Positions 24,701-33,382 of a stretch of DNA of 64,000 nt are shown here, piece after piece; the first letter of the stretch is position 1, and each line of letters starts with the position of its first letter. Under the pieces are notes generated by a model. That model saw only the letters and a list, made by a program, of their open reading frames with translations, searched no databases and was not told the DNA's origin. This DNA is from Blastocladiella emersonii ATCC 22665 (Eukaryota; Fungi; Blastocladiomycota). Position numbers and translations under genes: made by a program. The stretch is from the NCBI GenBank assembly GCA_025594325.1, contig JANHCV010000001.1, positions 4,774,001 through 4,838,000 on the forward strand. Reading direction: 5' to 3'.

Positions 24701-25132
24701 CCAGCGCCTGTGGCTGCACCGCCCGCAACCACAGACCTGCTCCAGATCCCGCGCGTCGGGAGCCTCGCGCCCAGCGGCGGCGGCAGCGAGACCCCGACCC
24801 GCTCTCGGTCACCCTCGCCCTCGCCCAGCCGGCTCGCCATCCGGATCCCGCTCAGCGGAAACGACGACGCGAAACCGCGCACCGACCCGGGCTCCCCGCG
24901 GCCACGATCCCCACGGAGCGGCACGGCGAGTCCGCGGGGCGGGCGCGAGGAGCGCGCGTCGATTCTCGGCCCGCTGCACGTCCTGCGGCACTCGCAGCAC
25001 ATGGCGCTGCAGCGGAACGCACGGGCCGCGTTTTGGTCGCTGTGCCGGTTCGGCGGCGTCGCCACGTCGCGCGTCGCGACGCACCTCGTGCGCGAGTCGG
25101 TGTGGGAGAAGCTGGTCGCGACGACGGGGTGA
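21704..25132 (+). CDS. Large hypothetical protein; helical ARM/HEAT-like blocks separated by Ser/Pro/Ala-rich and charged linkers
   Basis: 1142-aa ORF with strong coding bias; amphipathic helices such as VKARLVDLGFLSTLMSVLVK and LQRNARAAFWSLCRF; start and possible 5' introns uncertain. Confidence 0.6.
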   Translation: MLSAPCNENHETVAAPYGAKMLDDDDARPSLAAPNAMLHLGLLLRSKGFPDEDGIPLSDSQSLIAAAGAPPVVKLKLHSTVANVLCSLTAGLRCDWVLLCMTSNAEDHPHYCSSLDGSVMQLIDLIERAPLDPRSPHTMTFLLSLFQQAHHILLEGSTTVHHGMFHDQLLNAILLRALHLGPPAPLSLLEFVIRVLGPTVPLTLDHVRRVNEYLYSWFPARTDDLVYLLGAWLGTPAHLSAFVAEYGWSDVHTLLHTRLPRVLPIVTGLLDYVRGGGDPARLDFLQNDGARLAAEIARRLHRGPAWAKTAALALVALCKQPVRAPLDTSLYRTRPAEGPPPTRLVRNVKVTRPTVPRAQQPVQRKNTYPPPEPRLAQHRDPEPLKPEPPMKPKRKPAADAGKRKKGAADGEDDGSEAAAEAEAERAARRAAARETRRITIMLRRPSTPGVLADDQVGAIDLDALHLGLRNRRASRLPGLPDEDEEDGSGDDLDLGDPAERGFTDACKLVLVALRDRAAWIGPFRELLASKDPALTVAEALLLAERIHALLLDALNEPLSIDKRWVDEGGWDDPADDAETTSGTEDVDWDEDHVDRVVAVCLAALRSLITHMRLAPPVVLGTDKRSSSNTSLQRGGSAETVARPRSPAMSRPATGLGRRVSLAQDSGPAGSGAASPKPVGRRVSMAASFATSPATAASPRRAGAPPTSALRSASKLGAPPSPVPLSAMKSKRSTDNLGGSTQLGKHALRVPLAATTLPPLYRQPRASDPNVDDAGPDTPTADHVLHHAQVKARLVDLGFLSTLMSVLVKSYAVRALHHAAACVQVYSVDAATAGVLLSLSSADDPAVLGSRTPRRGGSAPGSGAASPRGMGGGGSAWSLTSLNAGGSRGASRGASNSDLSSLFDLAGGISSDELYGEATGRRRGSVTASRRVSLSAAGARRASVAAGGALASTPPAGKDAAKLEKAKSKQEAAGKDKKKAARPKSAAAATKAKDATKPVDPAPVAAPPATTDLLQIPRVGSLAPSGGGSETPTRSRSPSPSPSRLAIRIPLSGNDDAKPRTDPGSPRPRSPRSGTASPRGGREERASILGPLHVLRHSQHMALQRNARAAFWSLCRFGGVATSRVATHLVRESVWEKLVATTG

Positions 25133-25176
25133 ATATACAAAAGAGAGAGTGTATCTGGGAATCAAAATTGTGGGGT

Positions 25177-26695
25177 CTACTCGCCGCGGAACGCGCGCTG
25201 CAGGTCGCTCGGCACCTCAATCTCCGCGTGCGTGTACGCCTTCTTGCCCGGCCCGTAGTCGGCGACGACGTGCCCGTGGCCGTGCACGCGGTACTTGTAG
25301 ATGACGAGTCCCTCGAGCCCGACGGGCCCGCGCGCGTGCGTCTTGTTGGTCGAGACACCGATCTCGGCCCCGAACCCGTACCGGAACCCGTCGGCGAACC
25401 GCGACGACGCGTTCCAGTATGCGCCCGCGGCATCGACGCCGCGCAGGAACGTGTTGGCGCGCGCCGCGTCCTCGGTCAGGATCACCTCCGTGTGGCCCGA
25501 CCCGTGCTCGTGGATGTGCGCCATGGCCGCCTCGAGCGAGGCGACGGAACGTACAGCCATCTTGAAGTCCAGAAACTCGGTGTCGTAGTCGGCGGGGATC
25601 GCGGGGATCACGGCTGAGTCGGGCTTCGGGATGCCCGCCTCGACCGCAGCGGCGCGGGCGACGGGGAGCGTGGTCGGGTCGCACGCGAGGATGACGCCGG
25701 TGGCGAGCAGCGCGCGCGCAACCGTCGCAAACGTCGTCGACACGACGTCGGCGTGGACGAGCAGCGTCTCGGCGGCGTTACACGCGGCGGGGTACTGGGT
25801 CTTGCTGTCAACGACGACGCGCGCCGCGAGGGCGGGGTCGGCCGAGGCGTCGAGGAACACGGAGCAGATGCCGTCGGCGTGGCCAAGGACGGGGATCCGC
25901 GTGTTGTCCTTGATGTGGCGGACGAGAGACGCCGAGCCGCGCGGGATGACGAGGTCGATGTAGCGGTCGAGCGAGAGCAGGCCGGCAACGGCGTCGCGGC
26001 CCTCGATGAGCTGCACGCACGCGGCGGGGAGGCCCGAGGCGACGAGCGACGCCTGTACGTGCGTGTGCAGCGTGCGCAGCGTGTGCGTGGCCTCCTTGCC
26101 GCCCTTGAGGATCACGGCGTTCCCGCTCTTGATGGCGAGCGACGAGATCTGCACCACGACCTCGGGGCGCGCCTCGAAGATGATCAGCAGCACGCCGATC
26201 GGGCACGTCACGCGGTATAGGTCCAGGCCCGAGTCGAGCTGGCGCGCTAGCGTGACCTGGTCTACACATGGAAGGAGGTGAGTTGCTGGTGTCGTGGGTA
26301 GGCTCGCAGCGAGATCGCGCACTCAGCGGGTCGTCGAGCTTGACCACATCGTGCAGGCCCTCGATCAGCGTGTCGAGCTTGGCACCGTCGGGTCCGGCGA
26401 CGTCGAGCCGCTTGAACGTGGCCTCGGACAGCTCGCCGCGGCTGACGGCAAGGCGCGCGGCCTGGCGTAGAGTCGTAGTGAGCACGGGTAGATGTCACGT
26501 CGTAGGTGAGCCGCAGCGCACCTCAAGGTCGACAGCGTTGCCCTTGACAATGTCGGCGCGGTGTTGGTCGAGGCGCGACGCGAGGTCGGCGAGGACGGCG
26601 TTGCGGGTGGCCGTGGAAGCCGAGAGAAGCTGGTGGGCGGCCGAGCGCGCGGCCTGCGCGAGCGCCGTCAGGTCGGTCGTGGTGGTTGATGCCAT
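25177..26695 (-). CDS. PRO2: Gamma-glutamyl phosphate reductase (3 exons)
   Basis: RVTCPIGVLLIIFEARPEVVVQI, AIKSGNAVILKGGKEA, catalytic QYPAACNAAETLLVH, HIHEHGSGHTEVI, FADGFRYGFGAEIGVSTNKTHARGPVGLEGL. Confidence 0.96.
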
Positions 26696-27017
26696 GGCGT
26701 TATCGTTTGCGTGTTGGGCGAGAGCGGCGGCGTTGACAGCACGGCGACAAGGGCGAAGCGCGGCGCGGCGATCACCGGCTCAAGTCGCGTGGCCGAGCGT
26801 CAGGTGATTCTGACTCTGAAAAAACGCGTCGCGTCTCGCACGTGAGCCGCATCAGCCCCGCATCACCGAGCTGGCCAGTCACCACGCGCGGGGCTTAGCG
26901 CGAGCACTCTCGTCTTCATTTCGCGAAAATGAACTCGAAATGAACTGCACAACGCACGCCTTGGCTCAGCGGACTCAGGGACCGGGCATGGCAGCATACA
27001 CGCCGGCGGGGACCCGC

Positions 27018-27025
27018 TATAAAAG
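27018..27025 (+). promoter_or_regulatory. TATA box upstream of secreted repeat protein
   Basis: TATAAAAG about 180 nt upstream of ATG 27198. Confidence 0.45.
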
Positions 27026-27197
27026 CGCGGCCGTTCCCCACACCTCCGCCGCTGTTCAGCATCCTAGAATCGCACTCGAGCTTCAGTTGACCCTGAAGTC
27101 TTCCGCCCTCCTCAACACCCTCCCTTAGACGTGTCCGCCGCCTCCGAGCCGGACAACTAGACTGCAGCTGCACCACCACCACCACTCTTCTACCAAA

Positions 27198-28574
27198 ATG
27201 GTCAAGCTCACCCTCACCTCGGTCCTCGTCCTCTCGGTCGCCACCGCCGCGCTGGCCGCTCCGGTCTCGACGCCCTGCACCACGTCCGCCGTTGCCACGG
27301 CCGCCCCCGTTGCCGCGACGCCCTGCACCACTTCGGTCGCCGCCGTTCAGCCCGTGGCCACGACGCCCTGCTCGACGCCCGTCGCTACTCAGCAGCCCGC
27401 GGCTACGACGCCCTGCACCACCTCGACCGCGGTCGCGGCCCAGGAGCCCGCGGCTACCACCCCGTGCACCACCTCGACGGCTGTTGCCGCGCAGGACCCG
27501 GTCGCCACGACGCCGTGCACCACCGCCGTTGCCACGGCTGTCCCTGTCGCCACCACCCCGTGCTCGACGCCCGTTGCCTCGGCCGTCCCCGCCGCAACCA
27601 CGCCCTGCGCCACGGCCGTCGCCTCGGCTGTCCCGGTCGCGACGACCCCCTGCACGACCTCGACGGCCGTTGCTGCCCAGGAGCCCGCCGCCACGACGCC
27701 CTGCACCACCTCGACGGCTGTTGCTGCGCAGGAGCCCGCTGCGACGACGCCCTGCACGACCGCGGTTGCCTCAGCCGTGCCCGTCGCCACCACCCCGTGC
27801 TCGACGCCCGCGGTCGCCTCGGTCGTCCCCGTCGCCACCAACCCCGTTGAGACCGGCTACGGCTACGGCAAGGCGCCCGAGACGCCCGTCGCTGCCGAGG
27901 AGCCCGCCAACGTCGACCCCGCCGGCTACGGCTACGGCAAGAGCCCCGCGGCCCCGGTGGCCGCCAAGGAGCCCGTCGCCGCTGACCCGACCGGTTACGG
28001 CAAGTCGGCCGAGGAGCCCAAGGCCGTTGACCCCGCTGCGGGTTACGGCTACGGTTCGCCCGCGGCCCCCGTCGCTGCTGCCGAGCCCGCCGCGACCCAG
28101 GTCGCTGACTACGGCTACGGCAAGTCGGCCCAGGAGCCCGCCGCCGTCGACCCCGCCGCCGGCTACCCCGTCGCGCCCAAGAAGAAGCGCCGCTGCAAGC
28201 GCAAGCACGCCAAGACCGTTGCCGCCGCTGAGCTTCCCTCGGCTACCACCCCCACCGGCTACGGCTACGGCAAGGACGCGCAGCTGCCCGAGGCCACTAC
28301 GCCCGCTGGTTACGGCAAGGCCGCCGAGGAGCCCGCGGCTGTCGACCCCGCGGCGTACGGCTACGGCAAGGGCGCCGAGCTCCCCGCCGCGACCACGCCC
28401 GCTGGCTACGGCAAGGCGGCGGCAGAGCCCGCGGCGACGACGCCCGCCGGCTACGGTTACGGCCAGGCTGCCGCTGAGCCCGCAGCCACGACGCCCGCCG
28501 GTTACGGTCAGGCGGCAGCTGAGACCGCGGCGGTGACGCCCGCCGGCGACTACAGCTACGGCGGCAAGTACTGA
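27198..28574 (+). CDS. Secreted 458-aa repetitive protein (12 TPC repeats, basic linker, about 12 GYG repeats); candidate wall/adhesion protein
   Basis: Signal peptide MVKLTLTSVLVLSVATAALA; repeats xATTPCTT..; PKKKRRCKRKH; repeats PAGYG(YG)K; no TM or GPI-type tail. Confidence 0.8.
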   Translation: MVKLTLTSVLVLSVATAALAAPVSTPCTTSAVATAAPVAATPCTTSVAAVQPVATTPCSTPVATQQPAATTPCTTSTAVAAQEPAATTPCTTSTAVAAQDPVATTPCTTAVATAVPVATTPCSTPVASAVPAATTPCATAVASAVPVATTPCTTSTAVAAQEPAATTPCTTSTAVAAQEPAATTPCTTAVASAVPVATTPCSTPAVASVVPVATNPVETGYGYGKAPETPVAAEEPANVDPAGYGYGKSPAAPVAAKEPVAADPTGYGKSAEEPKAVDPAAGYGYGSPAAPVAAAEPAATQVADYGYGKSAQEPAAVDPAAGYPVAPKKKRRCKRKHAKTVAAAELPSATTPTGYGYGKDAQLPEATTPAGYGKAAEEPAAVDPAAYGYGKGAELPAATTPAGYGKAAAEPAATTPAGYGYGQAAAEPAATTPAGYGQAAAETAAVTPAGDYSYGGKY

Positions 28575-28841
28575 GCTGCTCGAGCTTGCCGGCCCAACAT
28601 GTCTATAGAGTGAAGGTGTCTGACGATTCTTGTGATCATCCTTGTTGATTATTCTATGTATCATACAACCCATCCGTGCCAACATTTATTTTCTTGCGGG
28701 AGCGCTGTGATAGTGCGCTGCAGCGAGTGATCGGCGGCGCCACCTCCGATCGCGACGCGACTTGGGCGCAACGCGTCCTCATCCGAGTCCCGCTCGTTAC
28801 TTCCACCCTTGCTGTTCCCAAATCCCGAGCAACGAGGCAAC

Positions 28842-30401
28842 ATGATGCAATCGGATGAAATATCCATCACGGTCTTCGATCTGCCCGTCGACGTCCAAGA
28901 GCGCGTCGCGGCACACCTCGAGCTGCGCGACGCGTGCGCTCTTCGCCAAACGTCGCGTGCCGCGCTGGCTTCATCGCTGTGGCAGGGCAAAACGTGGTGG
29001 CCTGCCGTCTTCGCTCTCGTCGGCGGCGACACGGACAAGTTCCGCGCCGCGATCCCTGCCTACCTTGGCCGGCTCAAGGGCGCGCGCGCGGCCAAGAAGC
29101 GCGAGAAGAAGAAGCAGCTGTTCTTCGAGCTCGCACGCGCTCTCGTCCGCGCCAACGTCGGCGAGGGCAAGTCGTGGGCTGCGTTGCGCAACTGGGCAGG
29201 CGGCGAGCTTCCGATCGACGCGGCGGGCTACTTTGCGATCATCCGCGCTGGGCTGCACGTCGAGCACGAGCTGGACTACAATGATATCTGCGCAGGCGGA
29301 GAAGAAGACGGCGACGCCGATGATAGAGATGAGGAGGATGGAGATGAAGATGACGATGACAGTGACAACGACTCGTCGTCGGCCAAACCCGCGCACCGCG
29401 AGCCGCCTACGCCGCCCGCGTCCAAGGACGCGATCGACGCGCTTGCAGTCGTGCTGCAGTGGAAAACCCGCAAGGGCGGCCTGCTGTACGCCTCCTACGC
29501 GGAGCAGACCAAGACCTCGTTCGAGTCGCAGCTCCCGCCGATCGCGCCCGTGCTTGCGAGCCCGCTCATCCCGTCGCCCGTCCGCCGCGATCTGCTTCGC
29601 GCTCATTGTGGCGCCAAATTCTACGACGAGGAGCCCGGCAAGCTCGTCCCCGCCATGCTGCTCGAGGGCCCGCTGTTCTGCCTCGAGATCCTGTGCTTGT
29701 CCGTCCACCAGCTCCAGGACAACTACCGCGCCATCGCCAGCCGCATCGAGTCGTTCCTCGAGCAGCTCATGGCGTGCTCGTTCGGGTCCGAGGAGCACTT
29801 TGAGACGATGCGGATCGTGCACGACATCTTTGTCGCGGCGACTGACGACGAGTTCTGCCACATTGCGCCGCCGCAGGACTCGCCCGTCCGCGTCCTCAAG
29901 CAGGGCGACACGAGGGCCGCGTTCAACCGGCTCATTGCGCGCGTCGACCAGATCCGCCGCGAGAAGCGGGCTCCGGGGGAGCCGGACGACGAGTACGACG
30001 ACTCGATTGCGTGCCATCTCGACATTGACGAGATCCTGCACGGGGTCTCGCTGCTCAAGTACGACCCGGTGCTCACTCGCGCGCACTTCTATGCCGTGAT
30101 GCACCGCCCTCCTCGGACCAGCGACGCGATCCGCGCCTGGGCCAACGAATTGCGGTACTGGGAACCGTCGCTCTCGCTCTGGACCGTGAACGTCACCATG
30201 TTGCGCAACACGGGTGTTGCCGAGGTCGCTGACGAGGCCGAGAAGCTCCTACCCATCACGACTCAGGGCGAGCCCTTCCTTCTCATGTTCCGCGTCGGAT
30301 CCGAGCTCGTACTCCGCACGCGGCCGTTCAAGTCCGTGGCCGACCTCCGCAAGGCCTACGACGCCGTCGACTGGGTGCCGCGCGAGAGCGACTTTCTCTA
30401 G
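28842..30401 (+). CDS. F-box-like family protein, paralogue 1 (intronless)
   Basis: N-term VFDLPVDVQERVAAHLELRDACALRQTSR..SLW fits F-box consensus; acidic insert; conserved WKTRKGGLLY, PPIAPVLASP, ELRYWEP, RPFKSVADLRKAY shared with four paralogues in the window. Confidence 0.8.
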   Translation: MMQSDEISITVFDLPVDVQERVAAHLELRDACALRQTSRAALASSLWQGKTWWPAVFALVGGDTDKFRAAIPAYLGRLKGARAAKKREKKKQLFFELARALVRANVGEGKSWAALRNWAGGELPIDAAGYFAIIRAGLHVEHELDYNDICAGGEEDGDADDRDEEDGDEDDDDSDNDSSSAKPAHREPPTPPASKDAIDALAVVLQWKTRKGGLLYASYAEQTKTSFESQLPPIAPVLASPLIPSPVRRDLLRAHCGAKFYDEEPGKLVPAMLLEGPLFCLEILCLSVHQLQDNYRAIASRIESFLEQLMACSFGSEEHFETMRIVHDIFVAATDDEFCHIAPPQDSPVRVLKQGDTRAAFNRLIARVDQIRREKRAPGEPDDEYDDSIACHLDIDEILHGVSLLKYDPVLTRAHFYAVMHRPPRTSDAIRAWANELRYWEPSLSLWTVNVTMLRNTGVAEVADEAEKLLPITTQGEPFLLMFRVGSELVLRTRPFKSVADLRKAYDAVDWVPRESDFL

Positions 30402-30655
30402 CGCGACGCGCACTCGCAGACTCGCGCACTCGCGCGAGAGAGACTTATTTTGATTGGATACATGGCAGGTTCGCCTTTCTTGCAACCGTGATCGATGAGT
30501 GATGGGAGGAGAGTTGCCGAGGCGGCGCCACCTCGTGAGCGCGAAGCACGAGCAACGAGCCCGCGGCTGTGCGTGCGTCGCCATCCGCGCAAAGTCCGAG
30601 CCGCATGAGCTCCTCCTCCCTTTCACTTTCTCAACACATGAGCAGCTACGCGAAC

Positions 30656-32149
30656 ATGATGCAATCGAATGAAAGCCGCCTTGCGATCTTTGCGCTACCC
30701 GACGAAGTCCAGGAGCACATCGCGTCGTACCTCGACCTGCGCGATGCGTGCGCGCTGCGGCTGACGTCGCGCGCCGCCCTCGCCTCGTCGCTTTGGTGGA
30801 GCGAGCCGTGGTGGCCCGCCGTCTTTGCGCTCGTCGGCGGCGCCGTGGACAAGTTTATGGCCGTGATCCCCGCCTGCGCAGCCCGCTTCAAGGTCGCGTT
30901 CGGGTCCAAGGAGTGTCACAAGGAGGCGCTCTTCACCGAGCTCGCGTGCGCGCTCGTCCGCGCCAACGTCGGCGACGACGCGCAGTGGACGACGCTGCGC
31001 AACTGGGCGGGCGACGAGCTTCCGATCAATGCTGCGAACCACTTTGCGATTATCCGCGCCGGTCTGCACGCCGAGCCGTACGAAGAGGAGGAGGAGGAGG
31101 ATTATTACAAGCGCGAGGAGTCGCCGACCGAACCCGCACGCCGCGAGCCGCCTCCTCCGCCCGAGTCCAAGCATGCCATCGCCGCGCTTTCGGCCGTCCT
31201 GCAGTGGAAAGATCGCAAGGGCGACTTGCTGTACGCCGCGTACGCGGAGCAAACCATGACTACGCCCACGTCGCAGCTCCCGCCCATCGCGCCCGTGCTT
31301 GCGAGCCCGCTCATCCCGTCGCCGGTCCGCCGTGACCTGCTTCGCGCTCATTGCAGCGCCAAATTCTACGACGAGGAACCCGGCGAGCTTGTCCCTGCCA
31401 TGCTGCTCGAGGGCCCGCTGTTCTGCCTCGAGATTCTCTGCCTTTCGGCCCGCCGACTCATCGGCAACTCCAGCGCGCTAAGCTTACGCGTCGAGTCTTT
31501 CCTCGAGAAACTGATTGCTCACACGTTCGGGTCCGAGGAGCACTTTGAGACGATGCAGATCGTGCATGACATCCTCATTGCGGCTTCCGACCAGGATTTG
31601 CAGTTTTTCGGTCCAACCATGAACTGCCCCGTCCATCTCGGCGAGCGGAACGACACGGAGGTCGCGCGCCAGCGGCTCTACGCGCGCATCGAGGAGGTCC
31701 GCCGTGATCAGCTGCCCGCTGGTCAGGATGACGACGGCGAGGACAACGCGTCCCTGCCCGACACAACTCATGTCCACAAGGTCTTGACCGGCGCCTCGCG
31801 CATCGAGTACAAGTCCATGTTCAGTCGCGCTAGCCTGTATGCGCTCATGTACCATGCGCCTCGGACGAGCGAGGCGATCCGCGCCTGGGCCAACGCGCTC
31901 CGGTACTGGGAACCCATTCCCTCTCTGTGGGTCATCATTGTGACCATGCTGCGCAACACTCGCGTTCACGAGGTGGCTGACGAAGCCGAGGAGCTCCTTC
32001 CGGCCACGCACGATGGCGAGGCCATCATGTTCATGTTCCGCATTGGGTCCGAGATGGTGCTCCGGTCGCGGCCGTTCGAGTCCGTGGTTGAGCTCCGCGA
32101 GGCGTACGAGGCCGCCGCACGCGTCCCGCGCAGGGGCGGCTTCTTCTGA
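30656..32149 (+). CDS. F-box-like family protein, paralogue 2 (intronless)
   Basis: IFALPDEVQEHIASYLDLRDACALRLTSR..SLW; same conserved blocks; start chosen by homology (MMQ). Confidence 0.8.
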   Translation: MMQSNESRLAIFALPDEVQEHIASYLDLRDACALRLTSRAALASSLWWSEPWWPAVFALVGGAVDKFMAVIPACAARFKVAFGSKECHKEALFTELACALVRANVGDDAQWTTLRNWAGDELPINAANHFAIIRAGLHAEPYEEEEEEDYYKREESPTEPARREPPPPPESKHAIAALSAVLQWKDRKGDLLYAAYAEQTMTTPTSQLPPIAPVLASPLIPSPVRRDLLRAHCSAKFYDEEPGELVPAMLLEGPLFCLEILCLSARRLIGNSSALSLRVESFLEKLIAHTFGSEEHFETMQIVHDILIAASDQDLQFFGPTMNCPVHLGERNDTEVARQRLYARIEEVRRDQLPAGQDDDGEDNASLPDTTHVHKVLTGASRIEYKSMFSRASLYALMYHAPRTSEAIRAWANALRYWEPIPSLWVIIVTMLRNTRVHEVADEAEELLPATHDGEAIMFMFRIGSEMVLRSRPFESVVELREAYEAAARVPRRGGFF

Positions 32150-32203
32150 TAATCTCGTGCTTCGGCGCGAGAGAGTGCACTCTCTCGTGGGTTTGATTCA
32201 ATA

Positions 32204-33213
32204 TTGTCGTTTGCAGAGAAAAAGCAACCAGAGCTGGCTCGGCGGGAAACCCCAGCTGAGACGCGGAGTCAGATTTGAAACGGACCGGCGCGGCGGGACC
32301 AATGAGCACCCAGCGATTTGAATGCGGCGCAACGCGACCCTGGCGACCGCGTCGTGCTTTCCTCGGTGCTCCTCCTCATGGGGACGGTGTGAGTGAAAAA
32401 TCATCAAGTACATCTGCATAGAACGCCAGGTCAATCAACACCCCGCCTTCGTGCCTCGTATTTATGACCAGCGTCGCCACTTGAGCGGGGATGACTTCGT
32501 TTGGTGAGGAGGCGCTGCCGTGCGAACTCGTCAGTCATACCGCGGGACGCGATGCGATTCTCGGTCATGCGCGATTTGGCGTCGGCATAAACGGAGCACT
32601 CGGCGTGATACGCTCCACGCAGTTGTTTCCCGCTGACTTCTACACGCTTCTTGGCGGCATTGAAGGCCTTGATATTACTGTTGCATACCCTTTCAAGCGT
32701 CGCGGTGGCGAGACACAGCAGATTGACGCGGACACGCGGCGGCGCCGCCGGGATCAGGTTGCGCGCGTGTTGCATGCACATCCTGCGCAGGATGTGCAGC
32801 AGGACCTGCGCGGCGTGCGGGAGCAAGGACTTGACGTCGGCGTCGAGGTCTGCGCCCTCGTTTGGGTCCGCATCTATGGCCTGCGCGTTGGTCCAGTCGG
32901 GGAGCGCATCCAACAGCGACGTCACTCGCGCAAGAGCCGTGTCAGCTGCGGCTGCGGAGATGCCGCGGCGAGCCCGTGGAGAGATTTATTTTTCGACAGC
33001 GACGAGTCTTGCGAAAAGTTTTGGGTGCAGGGAAGGGAAGGGAAGGGAAGTCGGTTGAGGTGGTCGCGCGTCGCGGAGCCGCGTGCGGCGCGCGAGGTGT
33101 GATGGGAGATAAGATGGCTTGACCGAACTCCCGGACCCCGGCCCGATCGAGCTGGGGTTTCAGCTGGGGTTTGGAGCTCAGGTTCAAAGTTGCACGTCCT
33201 CTGCAAACGACAA
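32204..33213. mobile_element. 1,010-bp non-autonomous DNA transposon with TA target-site duplication
   Basis: Perfect 15-bp TIR TTGTCGTTTGCAGAG (32204-32218)/CTCTGCAAACGACAA (33199-33213); TA on both sides; second inverted pair AAACCCCAGCTGA (32247-32259)/TCAGCTGGGGTTT (33160-33172); paralogous empty site TTTGATTGGA-TA-CATGG at about 30450-30465. Confidence 0.8.
32431..32925 (-). CDS. 164-aa orphan helical ORF carried inside the TA-flanked element (possibly decayed)
   Basis: ATG-started ORF MTSLLDALPDW...; helical/coiled-coil character; no recognisable DDE motif. Confidence 0.4.
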   Translation of the reverse strand: MTSLLDALPDWTNAQAIDADPNEGADLDADVKSLLPHAAQVLLHILRRMCMQHARNLIPAAPPRVRVNLLCLATATLERVCNSNIKAFNAAKKRVEVSGKQLRGAYHAECSVYADAKSRMTENRIASRGMTDEFARQRLLTKRSHPRSSGDAGHKYEARRRGVD

Positions 33214-33382
33214 TACATAGTGGGCCTTCTTTCAGACCTTGATCGATGGGTGATGGGAAAGTGGCCGAGGCGGCGCCACCTCGTGCGCGAGTCGCGGGGC
33301 GGCTGCGTGCCGACGTCCAGCACGCAGTTGAGTTCTCCCCTCCCCATCATCAGTCCCCTCAACACATGAGCAGCTAGGCGAC

